Source: Enterobacter phage LAU1. From it: a stretch of DNA of 30,772 nt. The position numbers and the translations under genes are program-made. The notes beneath the pieces were generated by a model, which was not told the DNA's origin, did not search any database, and worked only from the letters and a program-made list of their open reading frames with translations. This document shows positions 19,922-28,510 of the stretch, piece by piece (within the stretch, counting starts at the first letter, position 1; the number at the start of each line of letters is the position of its first letter). The DNA lies in sequence record MN688132.1. One strand, written 5' to 3'.

Positions 19922-21079
19922 TCATGAGCCAGAAGAGAAGGTGCCCTTGATGATTGCCGTCGGGCGATAGTGCGCCAGCGCCAGGCGCTCTTCGCACAGG
20001 ATGGTCAGCATGTTTTTCACGAAGTTATCGCGGTCTTCACGGCTGACTTCCACGGTGGCATCCATGCGATCCCAAACCTGAGAGGCCATATCGAAACCGC
20101 CCACCGTAAAGGTACCGGCGGCCTGTGCCTTAGTCGGAACTACTGGCAGACCCCACATGATGTTGCTGGTAAACGCCTGAGGACCGCCGAAGATATAGCG
20201 GCCTTCATTGTCTTTCAGCAGTGCAATGTTGTGCCAGTCGCGCGGGTTCAGGACGATACCGGAAGCGCTAAACTCAGACTCGGTCACCTGATAAATAGCG
20301 TGAGCGATAATGTCAGCACGGGTGTCGCCGGTGGCATTCAGCGAGGTGTCGTAGGCGGTTGCCACTTTGTTCAGACCTTCCAGGTTATCCCCGGTGCCGT
20401 CGCCGTTCAGCAGCTGGCCTTCTTCTTTCAGCGCCAGACCATACATCAGGCGATCGTTGACATAGGACTGCAGCATTGGCGCATCGTCCATCACCTGACG
20501 CGATGCCTGCACCCAGTGGGCGATGGTCTTCACGTTCGCGGTCTGCTTGCTGAAAGTGATATCAGATTCAGGTTTAAGTGCCTTCTCTGCCACCACGTCG
20601 GCGTTATTGGTAAACACTTCTTCACGCACGTATTCCAGAGCATTACTGGTCATACGGCCCTGAGCCAGAAGATCACGAATGGTCAGACGGCGCAGGCCCG
20701 GCATGATAATGCCTGGGATCTGCATCGGCTGAATCAGCGAGCCAGCAGAACCTGCGTCGCTGCCAAGCGACTTGTTAAACGTTTTGGCGTCGAAAGAGCC
20801 CTGTTTGCCGTCCCATGTCTTAATAAGCTCTTCGGCCGCTCGTTCGGAGAAGGATTTCTTCTCACCAGGATTTTCAGCACCGGAAGCCAGTTTCTGTTCC
20901 AGATCGAAGAGGCGCGTACCGGATTTGGACAGTTCTTCCTGTACTTTTGCCAGGTCGGACTGCAGCTGTTTGGAAACCTGGCCCGTGCTTTCGATTTCAG
21001 CTTTCTGCGCATCGAACAGCTGGGTCATTTTCTGCTGGGATTCTTCGATTGCTTTTTGAATGAGAGCGAGTTCAGACAT
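19922..21079 (-). CDS. HK97-family major capsid protein
   Basis: 385 aa with an N-terminal delta-domain-like coiled coil (MSELALIQKAIEESQQKM...). The body is HK97 gp5-like and includes the conserved GTGDNLEGL and NPRDW segments. Confidence 0.9.
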   Translation of the reverse strand: MSELALIQKAIEESQQKMTQLFDAQKAEIESTGQVSKQLQSDLAKVQEELSKSGTRLFDLEQKLASGAENPGEKKSFSERAAEELIKTWDGKQGSFDAKTFNKSLGSDAGSAGSLIQPMQIPGIIMPGLRRLTIRDLLAQGRMTSNALEYVREEVFTNNADVVAEKALKPESDITFSKQTANVKTIAHWVQASRQVMDDAPMLQSYVNDRLMYGLALKEEGQLLNGDGTGDNLEGLNKVATAYDTSLNATGDTRADIIAHAIYQVTESEFSASGIVLNPRDWHNIALLKDNEGRYIFGGPQAFTSNIMWGLPVVPTKAQAAGTFTVGGFDMASQVWDRMDATVEVSREDRDNFVKNMLTILCEERLALAHYRPTAIIKGTFSSGS

Positions 21080-21081
21080 AA

Positions 21082-21759
21082 TTAATTACCTAAATTGGAA
21101 GGGAAAGATTTAATGCTCTGAAGCAGAGCGTTGATTTGTGCTTCGTTTCCGTCGCCCTCGGACTCGCTCCGAATCGCTGACTTAAACCGGGCTATTAACC
21201 CAACTGCCTGTGATTTGGTGAGCCCGACTGAATCCCTCAGCCAGTTCTCCACATCACGAATCGTTTCAATGCCATCGACACTTTTCATGGCTGCGATGCC
21301 AGCCTGTTCGTTGGCGGGGAAAGTGCAGACGCTGATTTCGCGCAGAGCCTGGATATTCTTAAAGATGCGGCCTGTTGGAATGATGGTGTAATCGTCTTTC
21401 GCAACGGAAAAGCCAACCGACATACCCTCAACCGTACCGTGCTGCATTGCCGCTTTCAGGTCGGAGGCGCCGCTGTGCCCTGGGGTAAGTTGACCGCGCA
21501 CATACAGGCCTTTTTCGTCTTCGGCCAGGCTGTCCCATTTACCAACCGGCAGCTCCCACGTCTTGTGGTTGAAAAACATCGCCACTTTGCGGGTCTGGTT
21601 AGCCAGTGCGTTTTTAAACGCCCCGGGCAGAATGATGTCGCCATCGGAATCGGTGTTATTAAAAACAGAGGCATAGCCTTCAAAAATCCCCTGTTTACCG
21701 TCACCGGTGAATTTGATTTCTGTCTCGTCGAAGGACAGCGTTTTTACGATCTCAGGCAT
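21082..21759 (-). CDS. HK97-family prohead protease
   Basis: The start MPEIVKTLSFD at 21759 has a TGGGGG SD; the ORF-track start at 21771 has none. Product is 225 aa. It has the conserved HK97 gp4-type motifs. Confidence 0.85.
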   Translation of the reverse strand: MPEIVKTLSFDETEIKFTGDGKQGIFEGYASVFNNTDSDGDIILPGAFKNALANQTRKVAMFFNHKTWELPVGKWDSLAEDEKGLYVRGQLTPGHSGASDLKAAMQHGTVEGMSVGFSVAKDDYTIIPTGRIFKNIQALREISVCTFPANEQAGIAAMKSVDGIETIRDVENWLRDSVGLTKSQAVGLIARFKSAIRSESEGDGNEAQINALLQSIKSFPSNLGN

Positions 21760-21776
21760 TACGGCCCCCATAAAAA

Positions 21777-23051
21777 TTAAGCCCCGTTATTACGGGGCTC
21801 TTTGTTGGTTCCTAAATCGGTGATCGGCACGTATTGCGACTGGCGCATTGCCACATCGCCACCCGGCAATGGCGGGAGGTTGTCCGTTCGTCGCATCTCG
21901 TTGATGGTGCGTAGCCCTGCCTCTCCCATTGCCTTCATAAAGGCAGCGCGGGATGCCGAATCGCCCCTCAGCAGGCCGTCGAGATTGTGCTCAGCATGAA
22001 TGCGGCCAACATCCTTAGCAGGAATAAGCCACCGCTGAATGCTGTTTTCCCACCGGGAGATATAGGGCTGCAGGGTGTACTGCAGGAAGCCTAGATTCTG
22101 CTGCTCGATGCCCGATCCCCAGCTCGTTGATTTCTCGACGTCGCCGACAAGGTGAGGCGGTACGCCAAAGAACCGCGCCAGTTCACTTACCTGAAATTTT
22201 CTAGACGCCATCATTTCGGCATCCTGCGGCGTTACGCCAATTGCTGATGTGGAAAAGCCCGCTTCCAGAATCCAGAGGCGTTTTTTAACCGGACCGCCGG
22301 CGATCTCTTTGAAGTTCTCTTCGACCTGCGAGCGCTGCTGTTCAGTCAGCACTTTTTCGCCGGTTGAGAGGATTTGCGGAGACTTGGCGCCGTTGGCAAA
22401 GAAATCTCGCTGCTGGTCCTCCATCGCAACTGCCACACCTGCCGATTTACAGGCAAAAGCAATGGGTGACAGGCCGACCAGCCCGGTGAATCCGAAGCCT
22501 TTAAGGTGAAAAATCTCTCTCTGCGAAAAGTCGGCGTATTCGCTGTCGCGTTGATAGCGATAAACCACTTTTTTCCCGACGAGTTTCACATCCATATTGG
22601 CAGACTGAAGCGGGAGAAGGCTGATCACGTCACCCGCGCTGTTGCGGTCCACCAGTGCATACGCGTTACCGTAGAAACAGAGCTGCATCGTCATGGCCTC
22701 CCTGAATTCCTGGGCGGTCATGTACTGATTCGGTGAGTAGCGCAGCAGTCGCGCCAGCGGATTGCTCAAACCCACTTTTTTGCGGTTGTCATTCTGGTCA
22801 GTTTCGAAGACATCAAGCGGTAAGCATGCCGTGAGCGTTGAAATCAGGCTCACGCAGCGCCAAACCGTCGAAATTTGCAGTATCCGTTCATCGTTAATGG
22901 ATGAATCGCCCAGGTGTCCGTGGGCCGAAACAGGCCCCGTCTGTGAGCCCTGATTTGGGGTGACTAAACGCCCGCCGACAAACCAGGACTGTAGCCTTGC
23001 CCACCAGCCGTTATTGGTTCGCAGGTCAATCGTGTATTTAGGTTCTTCCAT
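21777..23051 (-). CDS. HK97-family portal protein
   Basis: The ATG at 23051 (MEEPKYTIDL) overlaps the TerL stop; the ORF-track start is a GTG 3 nt upstream. Size is about 424 aa, typical of portals. Confidence 0.88.
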   Translation of the reverse strand: MEEPKYTIDLRTNNGWWARLQSWFVGGRLVTPNQGSQTGPVSAHGHLGDSSINDERILQISTVWRCVSLISTLTACLPLDVFETDQNDNRKKVGLSNPLARLLRYSPNQYMTAQEFREAMTMQLCFYGNAYALVDRNSAGDVISLLPLQSANMDVKLVGKKVVYRYQRDSEYADFSQREIFHLKGFGFTGLVGLSPIAFACKSAGVAVAMEDQQRDFFANGAKSPQILSTGEKVLTEQQRSQVEENFKEIAGGPVKKRLWILEAGFSTSAIGVTPQDAEMMASRKFQVSELARFFGVPPHLVGDVEKSTSWGSGIEQQNLGFLQYTLQPYISRWENSIQRWLIPAKDVGRIHAEHNLDGLLRGDSASRAAFMKAMGEAGLRTINEMRRTDNLPPLPGGDVAMRQSQYVPITDLGTNKEPRNNGA

Positions 23052-24565
23052 CACATGCTCAGCGGTCGGAAAATGAAGTCGTCGAAGTCACCACCCGGTT
23101 CGGTAACTTCCCCATTAGCAGCACCAACGGACATTGTCATTGCGACCATGCCATCAATACGGCCCGTTGCTTTGGATTTATCGAGCTTGCGGTTGCCAGC
23201 AGCATCTTTCACCACCACCGCATTCACAGCACACATCGTTAATACGGGGTGCATGCCATGCCTCACACGCCCGTTAAGCATCAGAGACTCCAGCGTGTCT
23301 ACAGCTGGCCCCATATCCTTAAATCCCTGGCCGAACTCGACCAGCGGGAGGCTCAGCCCAATGGCATCGGCATCCTTCCTGAACTGGTCAATGCGCCAGC
23401 GGTCAAAAGCCATCGACGTAAGGTCGAAATCACCGATAATTTCAGCGATATCCGCAACGACGAATGAGTAATCCACCGAAGCGCCTGGCGTGGTGCGCAG
23501 CAGCCCCTCTCTCACCCAAACGTCATAGGGTGCGCGGTCCGTTTTGGTTCGCTCTTCAAGAGTTTTTTTCGGTGTCCAGAAGAAGGGGAAAACATCCCAG
23601 ACACCATCATCTGCTTCACCAGCGATAACCAGCGCCGTTAAGTCGTTCCTGGCTGACAGATCCAGCCCCGCGTACCACTTCCTCGGCGTGTTAATCGGCA
23701 TCTCTCCGCAAAGCTCCCACACGCTGCGGGAGATAAACGGCGATACGGTAGATACGCGCTGATTGAGGTTGAGGTTTCGGAAGGTGTTTTCGAAGCTTGG
23801 CATTCGGCCAGCTTTCTCAGCCTGGCGCGCCATATCTTTTTCTGACCTGAATGTTCCCAGTGCCGGGTTCGCAGCCAGCCAGGACTCGCGTTTACTGATA
23901 TCAGCGTCTTTTGGCGCTTCATAAACGTGGCACACGATGTGCGGATCTTTCGATTTGACCGCATCATCAATCCAGATGCTCAGCAGGTCAGCATCGTTTG
24001 CTGCCTGCGTACTGATAACAATCAGCAGCGGGTTTTCATGGGCCCCCTGCGCCGTAGTTATTGCATCGATAAAATCATCCTGCGGCCCCCTGACCTGCCC
24101 GGTTTCATCGAGAATGGCCAGTATGGGGGAAAGGCCGTGCGTCGTCTTACCTTCTGCGGATAAAGCCTTGTATTCGACGTTACACGGCAGGCCGATCAGC
24201 TTTTTGCCACTGGGCGTAATGTGCACAATCTCCTGTAGCTTGGGGTTCAGGTTAACCATCTTCACCGCGAGGTTAAAAACAATGGCCGCCTGTTCCCGGC
24301 TGAGTGCACCGCTGACAATCTGAGTGTTCTGCACCGCTTCAGGCCCCACCAGGTGAGCCAGCAGAATTCCGGCAATTAGGCCAGTCTTACCATTTTTTCG
24401 GGCGATGCTGAGGATCGCCATATCCGTTCCGGCTGGATTGTCGTAAACCGCCAGGATGAATTCTTTCTGAAAGGTGTCCAGCCTCATTGGCTGGCCGATA
24501 AGCTTGCCTTCCGGCACGATGCAAAAGCGCTCAATGAACGCTATTACACGCTCACCTCGCGTCAT
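23051..24565 (-). CDS. terL: Terminase large subunit
   Basis: 504 aa. The N-terminus MTRGERVIAFIERFCIVPEGKLIGQPMRLDTFQKEFI is typical of HK97-type TerL. It has Walker A-like GKTGLIAG and nuclease-domain Asp residues. Confidence 0.92.
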   Translation of the reverse strand: MTRGERVIAFIERFCIVPEGKLIGQPMRLDTFQKEFILAVYDNPAGTDMAILSIARKNGKTGLIAGILLAHLVGPEAVQNTQIVSGALSREQAAIVFNLAVKMVNLNPKLQEIVHITPSGKKLIGLPCNVEYKALSAEGKTTHGLSPILAILDETGQVRGPQDDFIDAITTAQGAHENPLLIVISTQAANDADLLSIWIDDAVKSKDPHIVCHVYEAPKDADISKRESWLAANPALGTFRSEKDMARQAEKAGRMPSFENTFRNLNLNQRVSTVSPFISRSVWELCGEMPINTPRKWYAGLDLSARNDLTALVIAGEADDGVWDVFPFFWTPKKTLEERTKTDRAPYDVWVREGLLRTTPGASVDYSFVVADIAEIIGDFDLTSMAFDRWRIDQFRKDADAIGLSLPLVEFGQGFKDMGPAVDTLESLMLNGRVRHGMHPVLTMCAVNAVVVKDAAGNRKLDKSKATGRIDGMVAMTMSVGAANGEVTEPGGDFDDFIFRPLSM

Positions 24566-24571
24566 AGTCTT

Positions 24572-25057
24572 TTATCCGTGCTTGGGAAAGGCGATCAGGT
24601 TGTCGTCCTGGTCCTGATGCTCGTTTTTGGTATTTCGTGCATCACGATCATTCTGATTGCGTTTCTTCTGGTCGCGGCTTTCGCCGTTGGTTGCGTGGGA
24701 ATGGATCTGGAGGTCACGGCGCTGAGCCAGGATAGTTCGTTGTAGCTCAACAATTTGCTTGCGGAGGTCTTTGATAAGGCCTTCGTCTCGCTCCTCCCCG
24801 CGTATACGCTCTTCTTTACGTAAATCTTTGCGTAAAACGGTGATATAGAGCTGATTATTAGCCAGTTCTACGGCGGCCAGCAGGTCGGCAGGCGTCCAGC
24901 TGTCCAGAGCTTTCGATCTGATATTGTCATGCCAGAATGGTTCGGCTTTTTTCTCCAAACCTGCATGGGACGGCGGATCGATGGTGTCCACAGCTGCATT
25001 TTTCATGGCCTGAACCGCTGCCGCCGAACTGTCGGAACGGGTTCGTTTATCTGCCAT
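24572..25057 (-). CDS. terS: Terminase small subunit, P27 family
   Basis: 161 aa with a basic/acidic C-terminus. It sits immediately upstream of terL, with an AAGGTG SD. Confidence 0.8.
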   Translation of the reverse strand: MADKRTRSDSSAAAVQAMKNAAVDTIDPPSHAGLEKKAEPFWHDNIRSKALDSWTPADLLAAVELANNQLYITVLRKDLRKEERIRGEERDEGLIKDLRKQIVELQRTILAQRRDLQIHSHATNGESRDQKKRNQNDRDARNTKNEHQDQDDNLIAFPKHG

Positions 25058-25111
25058 ATGTCAACACCTTAAAACTAAAAAAATCGGGTTAGCGTTAAAT
25101 TCAAACTTTGG

Positions 25112-25158
25112 CGGCGGTCATTTGGGGCAAAGGTTTTGAAGATTTGATCCCCCCCCCC
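25112..25158. other. Putative cos region: cosN-like GGCGGCGGTCA plus a C10 homopolymer
   Basis: TTTGGCGGCGGTCATTTGGGGC resembles lambda cosN (GGGCGGCGACCT). It is located 55-100 bp upstream of terS, where cos lies in HK97/lambda. A 10-C tract is at 25149-25158. Confidence 0.3.
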
Positions 25159-25209
25159 TGCCCTTGATGGTATTCATTCTCACTTGGAATGATTGCATTT
25201 GAAACGATT

Positions 25210-25446
25210 TCACTCGTTCATAATCTGCTTTGCTTCATCATGCCAGGAGGTCTGTTTATCAACCTGTTCGAGTTTCTGAGCGCCTTTCCCATGCTCGGGC
25301 CACACATGACCTGAGAAGGTCAGCGTCGGCACGTTTTCTCCTACCGTGTGAGAGAACTGAATAGAGGTAACAGTCTTCATCGCTACGCCATCAATTGCCA
25401 GCTGAACAAACTTACCATCGCGGTATTCAATGATGAGGTCTTTCAT
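25210..25446 (-). CDS. Hypothetical phage protein (78 aa)
   Basis: Good SD (GGAGG, 5 nt). It sits upstream of terS, where HNH or hypothetical genes occur in HK97-like phages. No recognisable motif. Confidence 0.5.
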   Translation of the reverse strand: MKDLIIEYRDGKFVQLAIDGVAMKTVTSIQFSHTVGENVPTLTFSGHVWPEHGKGAQKLEQVDKQTSWHDEAKQIMNE

Positions 25447-25724
25447 TATGTCCTCCAGTGAGACGCAGGATCGAGCGGGTAGCCGTTGGCATCACAGCCT
25501 ATTACCGCGCCGCTCTTCTCCATTCTCTGTTTCGTTGACCTAGATTCTACGTCAGTACTTCAAAAAGCATAATCAAAGCCTTGATAAATATGCATTCCTT
25601 CGAAATTCAGCTTTCACCCATTGGGTGAAAGAAAAGTGCTCAAAAATATGTTAAATTATCAGCTTTTATGACTCGATATATGGTAAAATAATAGTAAGAA
25701 AAGTAGTAAAAAGGGGTTCTAATT

Positions 25725-26987
25725 ATGATTAATAAAATTGATTTCAAAGCTAAGAATCTAACATCAAATGCAGGTCTTTTTCTGCTCCTTGAGAATGCAA
25801 AAAGCAATGGGATTTTTGATTTTATTGAAAATGACCTCGTATTTGATAATGACTCAACAAATAAAATCAAGATGAATCATATAAAGACCATGCTCTGCGG
25901 TCACTTCATTGGCATTGATAAGTTAGAACGTCTAAAGCTACTTCAAAATGATCCCCTCGTCAACGAGTTTGATATTTCCGTAAAAGAACCTGAAACAGTG
26001 TCACGGTTTCTAGGAAACTTCAACTTCAAGACAACCCAAATGTTTAGAGACATTAATTTTAAAGTCTTTAAAAAACTGCTCACTAAAAGTAAATTGACAT
26101 CCATTACGATTGATATTGATAGTAGTGTAATTAACGTAGAAGGTCATCAAGAAGGTGCGTCAAAAGGATATAATCCTAAGAAACTGGGAAACCGATGCTA
26201 CAATATCCAATTTGCATTTTGCGACGAATTAAAAGCATATGTTACCGGATTTGTAAGAAGTGGCAATACTTACACTGCAAACGGTGCTGCGGAAATGATC
26301 AAAGAAATTGTTGCTAACATCAAATCAGACGATTTAGAAATTTTATTTCGAATGGATAGTGGCTACTTTGATGAAAAAATTATCGAAACGATAGAATCTC
26401 TTGGATGCAAATATTTAATTAAAGCCAAAAGTTATTCTACACTCACCTCACAAGCAACGAATTCATCAATTGTATTCGTTAAAGGAGAAGAAGGTAGAGA
26501 AACTACAGAACTGTATACAAAATTAGTTAAATGGGAAAAAGACAGAAGATTTGTCGTATCTCGCGTACTGAAACCAGAAAAAGAAAGAGCACAATTATCA
26601 CTTTTAGAAGGTTCCGAATACGACTACTTTTTCTTTGTAACAAATACTACCTTGCTTTCTGAAAAAGTAGTTATATACTATGAAAAGCGTGGTAATGCTG
26701 AAAACTATATCAAAGAAGCCAAATACGACATGGCGGTGGGTCATCTCTTGCTAAAGTCATTTTGGGCGAATGAAGCCGTGTTTCAAATGATGATGCTTTC
26801 ATATAACCTATTTTTGTTGTTCAAGTTTGATTCCTTGGACTCTTCAGAATACAGACAGCAAATAAAGACCTTTCGTTTGAAGTATGTATTTCTTGCAGCA
26901 AAAATAATCAAAACCGCAAGATATGTAATCATGAAGTTGTCGGAAAACTATCCGTACAAGGGAGTGTATGAAAAATGTCTGGTATAA
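25725..26987 (+). CDS. tnpA: ISEcp1 transposase
   Basis: MINKIDFKAKNLTSNAGLFLLLENAKSNGIFDF ... is an IS1380-family DDE transposase of 420 aa. Confidence 0.95.
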   Translation: MINKIDFKAKNLTSNAGLFLLLENAKSNGIFDFIENDLVFDNDSTNKIKMNHIKTMLCGHFIGIDKLERLKLLQNDPLVNEFDISVKEPETVSRFLGNFNFKTTQMFRDINFKVFKKLLTKSKLTSITIDIDSSVINVEGHQEGASKGYNPKKLGNRCYNIQFAFCDELKAYVTGFVRSGNTYTANGAAEMIKEIVANIKSDDLEILFRMDSGYFDEKIIETIESLGCKYLIKAKSYSTLTSQATNSSIVFVKGEEGRETTELYTKLVKWEKDRRFVVSRVLKPEKERAQLSLLEGSEYDYFFFVTNTTLLSEKVVIYYEKRGNAENYIKEAKYDMAVGHLLLKSFWANEAVFQMMMLSYNLFLLFKFDSLDSSEYRQQIKTFRLKYVFLAAKIIKTARYVIMKLSENYPYKGVYEKCLV

Positions 26988-27090
26988 TAAGAATATCATC
27001 AATAAAATTGAGTGTTGCTCTGTGGATAACTTGCAGAGTTTATTAAGTATCATTGCAGCAAAGATGAAATCAATGATTTATCAAAAATGA

Positions 27091-27120
27091 TTGAAAGGTG
27101 GTTGTAAATAATGTTACAAT
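27091..27120 (+). promoter_or_regulatory. ISEcp1 outward promoter driving blaCTX-M
   Basis: -35 TTGAAA (27091-27096), an 18-bp spacer, and -10 TACAAT (27115-27120) lie just inside the IRR. Confidence 0.7.
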
Positions 27121-27173
27121 GTGTGAGAAGCAGTCTAAATTCTTCGTGAAATAGTGATTTTTGAAGCTAATAA

Positions 27174-28118
<945 letters not shown>

Positions 28119-28164
28119 TAGCGGAAACGGAATGGGGAAACTCATTCCGTTTTTGTTTATCGCC

Positions 28165-28497
28165 TTAGACGGCAAAAGTGCTGTCGCCCACCTGCGCTTG
28201 CGCATACCAGGCCATAAGCTCCGTGGTTCCTGGTTCTCCTTCCGCTGGAGCCCAGTGCGCATAGTCATCGGCAGCCACGGGTTGATAGCCACCGTGTTTT
28301 ACTTCAAAAATTATGCCACCGGTATCCAGCGACAGCACGGCATGCCAGGTTCCTGCGGCCATCTCCAGCACCGTACAGGTTTCCCCCAATATCGCCCGAT
28401 GGGTGACGGTACCCCGATCGTCAAAATTCAGCACCACGAAACGACCCCTTAATGGCAACAGTAGCTCGAAGGTGTGAGGGTGTCGGTGCGGGCGCAC
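28165..28497 (-). pseudogene. wbuC: orf477 / wbuC-family cupin, 5'-truncated (delta-orf477) at the junction with Tn2 DNA
   Basis: MRPHRHPHTFELLLPLRGRFVVLNFDDRG... The cupin-fold ORF is in the usual position convergent with blaCTX-M-15. Upstream of its internal Met the sequence switches to Tn2 tnpA at about 28510. Confidence 0.7.
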
Positions 28498-28510
28498 GTA
28501 GGTCCCAGGT

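Noticed and set aside
19970-21085. 371-aa plus-strand ORF
   Set aside because: It is antisense to the major capsid gene and is spurious.
25447-25538. Possible remnant of a phage gene or promoter left of the ISEcp1 IRL
   Set aside because: There is no ORF. The SD/promoter probably belongs to the 78-aa gene. Insufficient signal to call a feature.
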